NCBI GenBank assembly: GCA_965208575.1
Contig: CBDBOV010000003.1
Coordinates: 160,001 to 224,000 of the forward strand
Direction: 5' to 3'
DNA length: 64,000 nucleotides
Source of the DNA: Spirochaetia bacterium
GTDB lineage: Bacteria; Spirochaetota; Spirochaetia; SZUA-6; Bin103
The position numbers and the translations under genes are program-made. The notes beneath the pieces were generated by a model. It was not told where the DNA came from. It was given only the letters and a program-made list of their open reading frames with translations, and did no database searches. Each line of letters begins with the position of its first letter. Positions within the stretch are counted from its first letter, which is position 1. This document shows positions 18,444 to 29,281 of this stretch, one piece after another.

Positions 18444-20120
18444 AAGGAATTGAGACAAGCGCTTGCGCAGCGCCGCGGCGTCGCCGCCGGCGCCGAGTTC
18501 GCGGCCGCCGTCGCCGCTCATGGTGCGGGCGATCGCCTGCAGGATCTGCACCTGCAGGCCCTCCTGCCGCGCCGGGGTCAGTACCAGGAACACGAACCGC
18601 ACCGGCTCGCCGTCCGGGGCGTCCCAGTCCAGGCCATGCGGAGCGCGCCCGAACGCCATCACCGGGCGGCGCAGCGCCTCTATGCGGGCGTGCGGCACCG
18701 CGACGCCCTTGCCGAGTCCGGTGCCCATGAGGTGCTCGCGCTGATCGACCGCCTCGTTGATCTCGTCGACGGTCAGGCGGGTGGCCGGCGCAGCGACCAG
18801 GCACAGCTCGCGGATCGCCGTGAAGCGGTCGCGCGCGCGCAGCGCCGGCAGAATGGCGTTCTGCGCCAGCAGCCGGGCCAGGTCGACCCGCTCGCGGCGC
18901 CGGATCGACCACGACAGCCACGGCGCCACCAGCAGCGCGGACACGATAGCCGAGCACACGATGGCCACGAAGACCGGCGTGGTGATGATCTGGTATTCCA
19001 GCGCCACGCCGGCCACCACGATGCCGGTGACCCCGCTCGGGGTGAACGCGATGCCGATCGACACCCGGTCCTGGGCGGAGATGTCGCGTCCCAGGGCGCC
19101 CAGCCAGGCGCCGCCGAACTTGGCGGCGATCGACACCACCGTAACGAACACGACCAGCCCGATGTTGAAATTGGCGATGAAGTCGAGGTGCAGCGCCAGC
19201 CCGGCGAAATACAGCGGCACGAAGATGGAGTGCACCATCTGGCCGATGATCTCGCGCGTGCGTTCGGTCAGGTGGCGCGCCTCGCCGGCCATGATGCCGG
19301 CCAGGAAGAAGCCGAACAGCGCGGTCAGCCCCACCGCCTGGGTCAGCGCGCCGGACGCCAGCCCCAGGCAGCACACAAAGGTCAGCACGGCGCCGGGATT
19401 CCCGGACATGCGCGTGCCGATGCGCGCCACCGCGCCGTCCACCAGGCGCAGGCCGAGCGTGAGCGCGAACGCGGTAAAGGCGAACGTGAACACGAGCAGG
19501 AATGCGATCGCACCCAGGTTCAGCGCCGAGCTGGTGGCCACGGCCAGCACCAGGCTGAACACGATCCAGGCCAGAATGTCGTTGACCGCGTAGCCGCACA
19601 GCGTCACCAGGCCGAGGTCGCTCTTCACCAGGTCCAGGTCGTGCAGCACGCGGGCGATGATCACCATCGCGCTGATCGCCATCGTGGTGCCCAGGAACAG
19701 GGCGAATATGATGCGCCGGTCGGGATCCGCCAGCACGCTGTCCGGCAACAGAAACGACAGTGCCGAGCCGACCGCCAGCGGCACCAGCACGCCGATGATG
19801 CCGATGCGCAGCGCCGGCCCGCGTGCCCGCCAGGCAGCGCTCACGTCCACGTGCAGGCCGGTCTCCAGCAGCAGGAACAGCACCCCGAACCAGGACACCA
19901 CGTCCAGCATGCTGCGCTGCACCGCATCGGGGGGGAACAACGTCGCGTGCAGCTCCGGAAACGCTCGCCCGAGCAGCGTGGGGCCGAGCAGCACCCCGAC
20001 CAGGATCTCGCCCACGATCGGCGCCTGGCCCAGGCGGCGCAGCACCTCGCCGGCGCCGCGCGCCAACACCAGCAGCACCAGCACCTGGACCAGGAACACC
20101 AGCAGGTTGTGTTCAGTCAT
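18435..20120 (-). CDS. Cation:proton antiporter (CPA2) fused to a PTS EIIA domain
   Basis: Multi-TM body with GEILVGVLLGP and LLLETGL. C-terminal REHLMGTGLGKGVAVPHAR and WDAPDGEPV. Confidence 0.92.
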   Translation of the reverse strand: MTEHNLLVFLVQVLVLLVLARGAGEVLRRLGQAPIVGEILVGVLLGPTLLGRAFPELHATLFPPDAVQRSMLDVVSWFGVLFLLLETGLHVDVSAAWRARGPALRIGIIGVLVPLAVGSALSFLLPDSVLADPDRRIIFALFLGTTMAISAMVIIARVLHDLDLVKSDLGLVTLCGYAVNDILAWIVFSLVLAVATSSALNLGAIAFLLVFTFAFTAFALTLGLRLVDGAVARIGTRMSGNPGAVLTFVCCLGLASGALTQAVGLTALFGFFLAGIMAGEARHLTERTREIIGQMVHSIFVPLYFAGLALHLDFIANFNIGLVVFVTVVSIAAKFGGAWLGALGRDISAQDRVSIGIAFTPSGVTGIVVAGVALEYQIITTPVFVAIVCSAIVSALLVAPWLSWSIRRRERVDLARLLAQNAILPALRARDRFTAIRELCLVAAPATRLTVDEINEAVDQREHLMGTGLGKGVAVPHARIEALRRPVMAFGRAPHGLDWDAPDGEPVRFVFLVLTPARQEGLQVQILQAIARTMSGDGGRELGAGGDAAALRKRLSQFLRR

Positions 20121-20232
20121 TATGGGGTCGATTCCTCGGGCCGCATTATAACGCTACGGCGACCCAGGAATACCTGCCGCGGCCGCGCACGGCCGCGCAG
20201 GGGGCGGGCGGCGGTTGTGGTATACTGGGTGC

Positions 20233-20523
20233 GTGGGTCACTGTCACGCGTGCGGCGCCGAGCTGCCGCGCGATCTGCCGATCTTTCGCGAGACCGAGTG
20301 TCCGCGGTGCAGCAAACCGCTCAAGGTGTGCCTGAACTGCACGTTCTACGAGCGGGGGCAGCAGTGGGATTGCCGCGAGCCGATCGCGGAGCCGGTGCAC
20401 GACAAGGAGCGCGCCAACTTCTGCGACTACTTCCGGCTGCGCGAGGGGTCGGCGGCGCCGGGCGGCCTGGCCCAGGAGCGCGCCGAGCGGGCGCGGGACG
20501 CATTCGACAGCCTTTTCGGGTAG
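20233..20523 (+). CDS. Small Cys-rich (zinc-ribbon-like) conserved hypothetical protein
   Basis: CHAC, CPRC, CLNC, CRE..DKERANFCDYF. GTG start 6 nt after TATACT. Confidence 0.85.
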   Translation: MGHCHACGAELPRDLPIFRETECPRCSKPLKVCLNCTFYERGQQWDCREPIAEPVHDKERANFCDYFRLREGSAAPGGLAQERAERARDAFDSLFG

Positions 20524-20616
20524 ACGGCATCCTGTTCGACGAAACATTACGAACTCTTAACGGTCCATTCAAACCATCTTCAATCGAGGGCTGCATGCTG
20601 ATTGCATGGAGGTTGT

Positions 20617-21447
20617 ATGGACACGACACCGTTAGCTGACTACCTCAGCGACCTCAAGCGCCACCCGCTGCTGACCAGAGAGGAAGAGCAAAGGTGCTCA
20701 CGCGCCGCCCGTGACGGCGACGAGCAGGCCAAGGAGAAGCTGGTCAACAGCAACCTCCGCTTCGTGGTGAACATCTCGCGGCAGTACCAGAACCGCGGCA
20801 TTCCGCTGTCCGACCTGGTCAGCGAGGGCAACATCGGATTGCTCAAGGCGGTGGAGAAGTTCGATCCCGAGCGCGGGTACCACTTCACCACCTACGCCGT
20901 GTGGTGGATCCGGCAGTCGATCATGAAGGCGCTCGAAGCGCAGTCGCGTTCGATCCGGCTGCCGGCGCACGCCGCCAGCGTGGTGGAGCGCATCGGCTGG
21001 GCGCGCTCCGAACTGCGCCAGCGCCAGCGCCGCGAGCCGACCACCGATCAGATCGCGCGCTTCCTGGGCCTGCCGGTGCAGCGCGTTGCCGATCTGATGT
21101 CGGTGTCGCGCGACCCGCTGTCTCTCGAATCGCCCGCCTTCGACGAGGACGTCCCCGCCGAACTGGGCGACTCGGTGTGCGACAAGGCGGCCCGCTCCCC
21201 CGAGGAGGAGGCGATGGCCAACGTGCTCAAGGCGGACATCAACAACGTGCTCGGCAGCCTGACGCGGCGCGAGTCGGACATCGTGCAGAGCCGGTTCGGG
21301 CTCAACGGCCGGCAGCGGCTCACCCTGAACGAACTCGGCCGGCGCTACCGTCTGACCAAGGAACGCGTGCGCCAGATCGAGAAGCGGGCGCTGGAGCGGC
21401 TGCAGGTGTCGCTGCAGGCGCGCATGCTGCACGGCTACCTGGAGTAG
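20617..21447 (+). CDS. Sigma-70 family factor, RpoD/RpoS-like, lacking region 1.1
   Basis: NLRFVV, DLVSEGNIGL, FTTYAVWWIRQ, LTKERVRQIE. GGAGG RBS. Confidence 0.93.
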   Translation: MDTTPLADYLSDLKRHPLLTREEEQRCSRAARDGDEQAKEKLVNSNLRFVVNISRQYQNRGIPLSDLVSEGNIGLLKAVEKFDPERGYHFTTYAVWWIRQSIMKALEAQSRSIRLPAHAASVVERIGWARSELRQRQRREPTTDQIARFLGLPVQRVADLMSVSRDPLSLESPAFDEDVPAELGDSVCDKAARSPEEEAMANVLKADINNVLGSLTRRESDIVQSRFGLNGRQRLTLNELGRRYRLTKERVRQIEKRALERLQVSLQARMLHGYLE

Positions 21448-21616
21448 GAAGAGCGCGCGCTCCGGCGGCGGGCCGCCGGCGCCGGAGCCGCTCGGACAGG
21501 ACGGCAATGGTGCGGCGCAGCACCGCCTTCTCCCGCCCGGTGCGCTGATCGAGTTGATTCAGCAGGCGCAGGCGCAGGTGTTCGAGTTCGCGCTCATGCT
21601 GGTGCATCCGGTACAC
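21320..21616 (-). CDS. Possible small hypothetical protein antisense to the 3' end of the sigma gene
   Basis: N-terminal half looks helical and coding (HERELEHLRLRLLNQLD) and fills otherwise empty space. No recognised motif. Confidence 0.3.
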   Translation of the reverse strand: MYRMHQHERELEHLRLRLLNQLDQRTGREKAVLRRTIAVLSERLRRRRPAAGARALPTPGSRAACAPAATPAAAPAPASRSGARVPWSDGSAGRVRSG

Positions 21617-21713
21617 TTCGCTATACTCACCGATTGATACGGCAAGTCCGAGAATCTTGTAAAGGGGTTACGCCCCGTGCATTGTTTCGTGTGCTTGGCG
21701 TCAAGGAGGAACC

Positions 21714-22274
<561 letters not shown>

Positions 22275-22275
22275 C

Positions 22276-23547
22276 ATGAGGCGGCGCAACATAGGGTTCC
22301 TGTCATTCCGCATCGCCGGCACCGATGGCGTGTCTCTGGAGATCGACAAGTGGGCCACCGTGTTCGAACGCATGGGCCACGACAACTACTACTGCGCGGG
22401 CGAACTCGACACCCCCGACGAGCGCTCGCTGCTGCTGCCCAAAGCGCACTTCACCCACCCGGAGGTGGAGGAGATTCAACGCCACCTGTTTCACACCGAC
22501 GTCCGCCCACGGGCGGTTACGACCCGCATTCACGAGCTGCGCGACGAGCTCAAGCGCGGCATCTACGAATTCATCGAGCGGTTCTCGATCGACGTCCTGG
22601 TGCCGGAGAATGCGCTCGCGATTCCGCTCAACATCCCGTTCGGCCTGGCCATAGCAGAGGTGATCGCCGAGACCCGCATCCCCACCATCGGCCACCACCA
22701 CGACTTTACCTGGGAACGCAAGCGGTTCATGTTGAACGGCATCTCCGACTACCTGCGCAACGCCTATCCGCCGCGGCTGCACTCGATCACCCACGTGGTG
22801 ATCAACAGCACGGCGCGCAACCAGCTCGCGCTGCGCTCCGGCGCCAACTCGCACCTGATTCCAAACGTGATGGACTACGACCGCCCGCCCGCCGGGGTGG
22901 ACGGCTACAACGCCGACGTACGCGAAGCTCTCGGGATCGGGGCCGACGATACCCTGGTGCTGCAGCCGACCCGCGTCATACAGCGCAAGGGGATCGAGCA
23001 CGCCATCGAGCTGGTGCGCCGCCTGGAGAAGAGGGACAACGCCGTGCTGGTGATCTCGCACGCATCGGGCGACGAGGGCTTTTCCTACGAGGGCCGCGTG
23101 CGCAGTTACGCGGAACTGCTCGGCGTGCGCGCGCTGTTCGTCGAGGAGATCATCAACGACCGGCGCGGCGACTGCGGCGACGGCCGCAAGATCTACACGC
23201 TCGACGACGTCTATCCGCATGCCGACCTGGTGACCTACCCGTCGCTGGTGGAAGGCTTCGGCAACGCCTTCCTGGAGGCGGTCTACCACCGCAAGCCGAT
23301 CTTCGTGAACAACTACCCGGTGTTCGCCTACGACATCAGGCCGCGCGGGTTCAAGGTCGCGCTGATGGAGCAGTTCATCACCGAGTCGGAGGTGGCGGAG
23401 GTGGAGCGATTCCTGCACGACGACGAGTACCGCAGGGGGGCGGTGGAGCACAACTACGCGATCGCGCGGGCGCACTACTCCTACCGCGTGCTGCAGGCCA
23501 ACCTGACGCACATCATGATGGAGTTCTTCGGCATCGACGAGGTATAG
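22276..23547 (+). CDS. GT4 glycosyltransferase, mannosylglucosylglycerate synthase (MggS)-like
   Basis: GTDGVSLE, HHHDF.WER, RKGIE, YPSLVEGFGNAFLEA. Confidence 0.85.
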   Translation: MRRRNIGFLSFRIAGTDGVSLEIDKWATVFERMGHDNYYCAGELDTPDERSLLLPKAHFTHPEVEEIQRHLFHTDVRPRAVTTRIHELRDELKRGIYEFIERFSIDVLVPENALAIPLNIPFGLAIAEVIAETRIPTIGHHHDFTWERKRFMLNGISDYLRNAYPPRLHSITHVVINSTARNQLALRSGANSHLIPNVMDYDRPPAGVDGYNADVREALGIGADDTLVLQPTRVIQRKGIEHAIELVRRLEKRDNAVLVISHASGDEGFSYEGRVRSYAELLGVRALFVEEIINDRRGDCGDGRKIYTLDDVYPHADLVTYPSLVEGFGNAFLEAVYHRKPIFVNNYPVFAYDIRPRGFKVALMEQFITESEVAEVERFLHDDEYRRGAVEHNYAIARAHYSYRVLQANLTHIMMEFFGIDEV

Positions 23548-23627
23548 GTGCGCAGCCCGCGCTGCTCGGGTCCGGGCCCGGCGGGCGCGTGCGGCGGCCC
23601 GCCCCGCCGGTGTAGGGTAGCGGCGCC

Positions 23628-24806
23628 ATGAAGATCACCGCCGTCAAGAGCTTCCCGGTGTGGGCCGGCCATCGCAACCTGTTCGTGCTCAAGATCGAGA
23701 GCGACGACGGCTGCTACGGCTACGGCGAGGCGGGGCTGAGCGGCCGCGAACTGGCCGTGCAGGGCGCCGTCGACCACTTCCGCCGCTTCCTGGTCGGCCG
23801 GGACCCGCGCCGCATCGGCGCCCTGTGGCAACGCGTCTACCGCAGCCAGTACTTCGAGGGCGGGCGGGTGCTGACGGCGGCGCTGTCGGCGATCGACATC
23901 GCCCTGCACGACCTGGTGGCGCGCAGCCTCGGGGTGCCGGTGTACCAGCTCCTGGGCGGCAAGCAGCGCGACCGGGTGCCGTGCTTCGTGACCACCACCA
24001 CGCAGCCGGGGCCGGGCGTCGTGGAGGAGGTGGAGCGGCTGGTCGCGGCGGGCTGGACCTGCATCCGCACCGGCATCGGCTATCCGAAGGTAACCGAACC
24101 GTACGAGGGCGACGGGCGCCCCGATCCGGTGTTCGAGCCGCGGGTGTCGATGGCGCACACCGCCGAGTGGCTGGTCAGGGTGCGCGAGGCGGTGGGCCGG
24201 CGCGCGGCGCTCGGCATCGACTACCACCACCGGCTGTCGGTGGGCGAGGCGGCCTCGTTCTGCCAGTCGATGCCGGTCGGCACGCTCGACTTCCTGGAGG
24301 AGCCGATCCGCGACGAGACGCCGGAGGCGTACGAGGCGCTGCAGCGGATGACCCCTGTGCCGATGGCGATCGGCGAGGAGTTCGCCAGCAAGTGGCAGTT
24401 CCTGCCCTACCTGGAACGCGGCATCACCGCCTACGCACGGCTCGACATCTGCAACGTGGGCGGCTTCACCGAGGCGATGAAGGTGGTCGGCCTGTGCGAG
24501 GCGCACTACATCGACCTGATGCCGCACAACCCGCTCGGTCCGGTCAGCACCGCGGCCAACATCCACCTGGCAGCCGCCACGCCGCTGTTCGCCTGGCTGG
24601 AGGAGCGCTCGCCCGAGCAGGGCTTCCACTTCGACCCCGAGCTGTTCCCGGTGCAGCCGAAGCTCGACGGCGTGACCCACCGCGTGCCCGACACGCCCGG
24701 CCTCGGCGTCGAGTTCAACGAGGAAGCGCCGGCCGTAGAGAAAGCGTTCGAGTTCTGGGAAAACCCCCACCTGCGCCGCCACGACGGCTCCCACACCAAC
24801 TGGTAG
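23628..24806 (+). CDS. Enolase-superfamily acid-sugar dehydratase (galactonate dehydratase-like)
   Basis: SAIDIALHD, PVYQLLGG, DYHHR, EEP, GEE, PHNP. Confidence 0.9.
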   Translation: MKITAVKSFPVWAGHRNLFVLKIESDDGCYGYGEAGLSGRELAVQGAVDHFRRFLVGRDPRRIGALWQRVYRSQYFEGGRVLTAALSAIDIALHDLVARSLGVPVYQLLGGKQRDRVPCFVTTTTQPGPGVVEEVERLVAAGWTCIRTGIGYPKVTEPYEGDGRPDPVFEPRVSMAHTAEWLVRVREAVGRRAALGIDYHHRLSVGEAASFCQSMPVGTLDFLEEPIRDETPEAYEALQRMTPVPMAIGEEFASKWQFLPYLERGITAYARLDICNVGGFTEAMKVVGLCEAHYIDLMPHNPLGPVSTAANIHLAAATPLFAWLEERSPEQGFHFDPELFPVQPKLDGVTHRVPDTPGLGVEFNEEAPAVEKAFEFWENPHLRRHDGSHTNW

Positions 24807-24870
24807 GTAAGTATGGACAGCAGGCGCGACCGGTTGGGCCGCGCCTGCTCGGAACTGGATCGGATGGTTG

Positions 24871-26880
24871 CTACTGGCGGAAGAAGAGCTGGTCGCCCCA
24901 GTAGTTGAGGCCGATCGGCCACTCCACGCCGATGCTGTACTCCTGGGGAACATTGCCGATGTTGCTGCGCGAGATGTAGATGGTCGGGCTCATGCCCACC
25001 ACGCCGATCGCCCACAGCTTTTCGGCCTGCAGTGCCGAGATGTTGGTGGCCAGCTCGACGTACTCGGGGGAGCCGAACTCGGTGACGCGGATCGCCCACG
25101 ACCACTCATCCAGATCCTTGATCTCCTGCGGCGGCTCCCAGCCGGGCATTTCGCCGTCGAAGTCGGCCAGCGTGTGGGTGCCGGCCTCGATGGCGGCGTT
25201 GGCGGCCAGCCACTTGCCCCACTGCCAGCCCCAGCCGTTGTCGGTGCCGCACGGCATCCAGCGCGCGTCCGCGGTCACGCCGCGCGAGCGGTTGCAGGTG
25301 AACTGCTCGCCGCCGCCGGTGATGTAGTTGCCCGTTTCCGACGCCTCGCCGATGCCGCTCGCGCGCACGTCATGCTCGTTCAGCGTGCGGGTGACGTTGC
25401 GCGACTGGCCGGTCTCCACCTTCAGCAGCACCTTGACGCCGACCGCCTCCCAGTACTCCTTGATCAGCTCCATCGCCGGGACCGGAGTGCCCTCGGCGTA
25501 CTCGATCAGGATCTGCAGCTCCTCACCGCCGGGAGCGTGCCGAAATCCGTCGCGCGAGCGCTCGGTCATGCCGATCTCGTCGAGCAGGGCGTTGGCCTGG
25601 TCCGGGTCGTAGTCGGCCCACGCCGTGCCCCACTCCTCCTGGTAGTAGCTGTGCACCGGCGGCACCGCGGCCTGGCGCGGGGTGGACAGACCGAAGAACA
25701 CCTGCTCGTTCACCTCGTCGCGGTTGATGGCCAGCGACAGGGCCTGCCGGAAGCGCACGTCCTGGTACAGCTCGGCCCGCCATTCCTGCTCGTGGTTCTG
25801 GTTCAGGACCAGCCCCACCTCGGCGGCCGACAGCCCGGGAATCAGCGTCACCGTGTAGCCGCCGGCGTCCTCGTTCTCCTTGTAGAGGGCGAAGTTCTCC
25901 AGGCTGGTCTGGCCGTACGCCAGGTCCGCCTCGCCGCCGATGATCTTCAGGTTGTACACCTCCTTCTCGACCACCGTGGAAACGACGCGGTCGATGTAGG
26001 GGAGCTGGTTGCCGGCGGTGTCGACGCGCAGGTAGTAGGGGTTGCGCTCGAACACCCGCACGGTGGGCGTGATCTCGGTGAACCGCCACGCCTGGATCAC
26101 CGGCAGGTCGAGGTCGGTCGACGGCTTCCAGAAGAAGTGATCGGTGAACGCCTGCTGCCAGGTTTCGTGACCCTCCTCCTTGGCCACCTCGTTGGCGTCG
26201 TCGTTGAAGTCGATGTGCCACTTCTTGAGGTAGTGCTTGGGCTTCAGCATCTCCCAGTCGCCGCCGTGCCAGGTGGCCAGCTTGACCAGCATTTCGGGAT
26301 GCGGCGAGTCGAACTCCAGGCGCACCGTGTGCGCGTCGACCGCCACCGCGTTGGTCACGAACGGGCTCTTCTTGTAGGTCACCACCTCGGGGTGGTTGTG
26401 CATCGACATGAACTGGAACACCACGTCGTCCGAACTGATGGGATGGCCGTCGGACCACTTGTGTCCTTCGCGCAGGGTGATCGTCACCGACGTATTGTCG
26501 GCGCCCATCTGCACCGACTCGGCCACGTCGGGCAGCAGCTTGCCGTCGACGCCCTTGAGCATGTAGGGGCCGCGTTCCACGCTCTCGGTCATGTCCTGCC
26601 ACGGCCAGTTGTCGAGGGCGAACACGCGCACCGTGCCGCCGTACGTGCCCACTTCTTCGATCGGGGTACGCACCGACGGGTTCAGCGGCAGCCGCTCGTC
26701 CACCGGCGGCAGCTCGCCGGCTGCCACCAGGGCGGCCAGCATCGGCGCCTCGCCGTACTTGCCCGTGCGCTCGGCAGCCATCTCTGCGCCGCTCGCACCC
26801 TCTTCGGCGCCGCCGGCGAACGCCAGCGGCGACCACACCAGCAGCACCGCCGCGATCAGCATGCACTGTCTCTTGATCAT
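24871..26880 (-). CDS. ABC transporter solute-binding protein, family 5
   Basis: Signal peptide, LPPVDERLP, GNQLPYID, FRQALSLAINR. Confidence 0.93.
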   Translation of the reverse strand: MIKRQCMLIAAVLLVWSPLAFAGGAEEGASGAEMAAERTGKYGEAPMLAALVAAGELPPVDERLPLNPSVRTPIEEVGTYGGTVRVFALDNWPWQDMTESVERGPYMLKGVDGKLLPDVAESVQMGADNTSVTITLREGHKWSDGHPISSDDVVFQFMSMHNHPEVVTYKKSPFVTNAVAVDAHTVRLEFDSPHPEMLVKLATWHGGDWEMLKPKHYLKKWHIDFNDDANEVAKEEGHETWQQAFTDHFFWKPSTDLDLPVIQAWRFTEITPTVRVFERNPYYLRVDTAGNQLPYIDRVVSTVVEKEVYNLKIIGGEADLAYGQTSLENFALYKENEDAGGYTVTLIPGLSAAEVGLVLNQNHEQEWRAELYQDVRFRQALSLAINRDEVNEQVFFGLSTPRQAAVPPVHSYYQEEWGTAWADYDPDQANALLDEIGMTERSRDGFRHAPGGEELQILIEYAEGTPVPAMELIKEYWEAVGVKVLLKVETGQSRNVTRTLNEHDVRASGIGEASETGNYITGGGEQFTCNRSRGVTADARWMPCGTDNGWGWQWGKWLAANAAIEAGTHTLADFDGEMPGWEPPQEIKDLDEWSWAIRVTEFGSPEYVELATNISALQAEKLWAIGVVGMSPTIYISRSNIGNVPQEYSIGVEWPIGLNYWGDQLFFRQ

Positions 26881-27036
26881 CTCTCCTCCTTGTGGAGCCT
26901 TGGTAATTCAGCGGTTGATTGTTGGCCGAAGGTCGGCTCTTGATCAACCGCCCGCCGGGGCCGATCGCCCAATGGGCGATAGACTTCGCTTCCATAGCCC
27001 ACGGAAGCCGGAATTCGCGGGCTATGGCAGGTAACG

Positions 27037-28158
27037 CTAGCGGTAGGGGTCGGCGGCGTCGCGGAGGCCGTCGCCGACGAAGTTGAAGGACAGCACGGTG
27101 GTGACGATGAACAGGCCGGGGATGAACAGCCACGGCGCCAGGGCCACGGTGCGCACGTTCTGGGCGTCCTTCAGCAGTGCGCCCCAACTGATGGCGGGCG
27201 GCTGGATGCCGACGCCCAGGAAGCTGAGCGCGGTTTCGGCCAGGATCATGCCGGGGATGCTCAGCGTGAGGCTGACGATCAGGTAGCTCATGAACGAGGG
27301 CAGCAGGTGGCGGGCGATGATGTTGCGCTCGACGGCGCCGGCGATGCGCGCGGCCATCACGAAGTCCGCCTCGCGCAGCTCCAGCAGCTTGCCGCGCACC
27401 ACGCGCGCCAGCCCGGTCCAGCCCACCACCGACAGGATCACGGTTATGCCGAAGTAGATCCGCAGCGGCGGCCAGTCGTTGGGCAGCGCCGCGGCCAGCG
27501 CCATCCACAGCGGGATCGACGGGATCGAGATCAGGAACTCGATCAGGCGCTGAATGAAGGTGTCCAGCGCACCGCCGTAGTAGCCGGAGATGCCGCCGAG
27601 CAGACAGCCGAGCACGAAGCTCATCGCCACGCCGACCAGGCCGATGCTCAGCGAGATGCGCGCCGCGTACACGTTGCGGGAGAACAGGTCGCGGCCCAGG
27701 TTGTCGGTGCCGAACAGGAACAGGAAACCCGCTTCCCGGCGCACGCCGAACAGGTGGAGGTCGCCCTCGAACAGGCCGAACAGCCGGTATGGGTCGCCGC
27801 GTACGAACAGCGCGATCGGGTAGCGGGTGTCGCGGTCGATGGCGAACTGCCAGCGCAGCGTCTCCGGATGGCGTTCCCGGTGCAGGCCGTACACGAACGG
27901 CAGGACCGGTCTGCCGTCGTGGAACAAGCGCACCCGTTGCGGCGCCGCGAGCTGATAGTCGGCAAAGCGGCGGAAGGCGTCGTAGGGGGCGAGGAACTCC
28001 GCGAACAGCGCGCCCGCGTAGAGGACGATCAGCACGGCGGTGCCGAACAGCGCGAGGCGGTGGGCCGCGAAGCGGCGCCGGATCAGCTGCCACTGGGTGG
28101 CGAGGTAGTAGCGCTCCTCGGCGGCGCTCTCCGGGCGCGTCACGGTGATCGTGCTCAT
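27037..28158 (-). CDS. ABC permease (DppC/OppC type)
   Basis: FGTDNLGRD, ETALSFLG, GDGLRDAADP. Confidence 0.93.
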   Translation of the reverse strand: MSTITVTRPESAAEERYYLATQWQLIRRRFAAHRLALFGTAVLIVLYAGALFAEFLAPYDAFRRFADYQLAAPQRVRLFHDGRPVLPFVYGLHRERHPETLRWQFAIDRDTRYPIALFVRGDPYRLFGLFEGDLHLFGVRREAGFLFLFGTDNLGRDLFSRNVYAARISLSIGLVGVAMSFVLGCLLGGISGYYGGALDTFIQRLIEFLISIPSIPLWMALAAALPNDWPPLRIYFGITVILSVVGWTGLARVVRGKLLELREADFVMAARIAGAVERNIIARHLLPSFMSYLIVSLTLSIPGMILAETALSFLGVGIQPPAISWGALLKDAQNVRTVALAPWLFIPGLFIVTTVLSFNFVGDGLRDAADPYR

Positions 28159-28165
28159 GTGCGGC

Positions 28166-29161
28166 TCACACGCGCTCGAAGCGGATGCGCGGGTCGGTGA
28201 TCACCAGCAGCAGGTCGGAGATCAGCGTGCCGATGATGGTAAGCGCGGCCAGCACCATCAGTGTGCTGCCGGCCAGGAACATGTCCTCCTGCACGAGCGC
28301 CGCGAACAGCAGCGGCGCGACCGTGGGCAGGCTGAGCACGATGGCGACGATGGTGCTGCCGGAGACGATTTCCGGCAGCAGCCAGCCGACGGTGCTGATG
28401 ATCGGGTTCAGGGCAACGCGTACCGGATACTTGAAGGTGAGGGTGGCCTCGGCTACGCCCTTGGCGCGGGCGGTGATCACGTACTGCTTGCGCAACTCGT
28501 CGAGCAGGGTGCCGCGCATCACGCGGATGATCGCCGCGGTGCCGGCCATGCCGATCACGATGATCGGCAGCGGCAGATGCGCGAGCCCGTCGAGCAGCTT
28601 GGCGAAGCTCCACGGAGCGTGCTCGAACTCGGCCGAGAACAGGCCGCCCGGGCTGACCCCGAACAGGGTCAGGAGGAGGTACATCAGGATCAGGGCGAGC
28701 AGGAAGTTGGGGATCGCCAGACCGACGAATCCGACCACCGTGAACCCGTAGTCGCCGATCGAGTACTGGTGGGTGGCGGAGTAGATGCCGATCGGGATCG
28801 CCACCGCGTACGCGAACAGCAGGGTGATGCCGGAGAGCAGCACGGTGAGCGGCAGCCGTTCCAGCAGCAGCACCGACACCGGCCTGCCATACACGAACGA
28901 CGGCCCGAGGTTGCCGCGTAGCAGGTTGCCCGCCCAGCGCAGGTACTGCAGGTGAGCCGGCAGGTGCAGCCCGTACTGCTCCTGCATGGCGGTAATCTCC
29001 TCACCGCCGAAGCTGGCGTCGGCGCCGCCCGCCTCCATGCGCGCCAGCATCACCGTCAACATGTCGCCCGGCGGGAGCTGGATCACGATGAACACCACCA
29101 CCGACAGAGCGGTGAGCAGGACGACCATGTAGGCGATGCGCCGGAGGATGTAGCTTGCCAT
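28166..29161 (-). CDS. ABC permease (DppB/OppB type)
   Basis: MASYILRR, TARAKG, DPRIR. Confidence 0.93.
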   Translation of the reverse strand: MASYILRRIAYMVVLLTALSVVVFIVIQLPPGDMLTVMLARMEAGGADASFGGEEITAMQEQYGLHLPAHLQYLRWAGNLLRGNLGPSFVYGRPVSVLLLERLPLTVLLSGITLLFAYAVAIPIGIYSATHQYSIGDYGFTVVGFVGLAIPNFLLALILMYLLLTLFGVSPGGLFSAEFEHAPWSFAKLLDGLAHLPLPIIVIGMAGTAAIIRVMRGTLLDELRKQYVITARAKGVAEATLTFKYPVRVALNPIISTVGWLLPEIVSGSTIVAIVLSLPTVAPLLFAALVQEDMFLAGSTLMVLAALTIIGTLISDLLLVITDPRIRFERV

Positions 29162-29281
29162 GGGCAGGATTTGCCGTGCGCCGCGCCACGTCCGGCGCGT
29201 GCTGCGCGATGGTGGCAACGACCGCACCGCTCTGTCAAACCGCCCCGCCGCGCCGGTACTATATCGGGGCAGGGGGTGCCG

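Noticed and set aside
20524-20545. Sigma-54 promoter for the RpoS-like gene
   Set aside because: GGCA is present but the -12 TTGC is absent (TCGA).
18450-20639. Long alternative-frame ORFs (also 1207-2940, 24868-26943, 25523-28093, 36345-38435, 38576-40537)
   Set aside because: These are stop-poor shadows of real genes in high-GC DNA, Arg/Ala/Gly-rich with no motifs.
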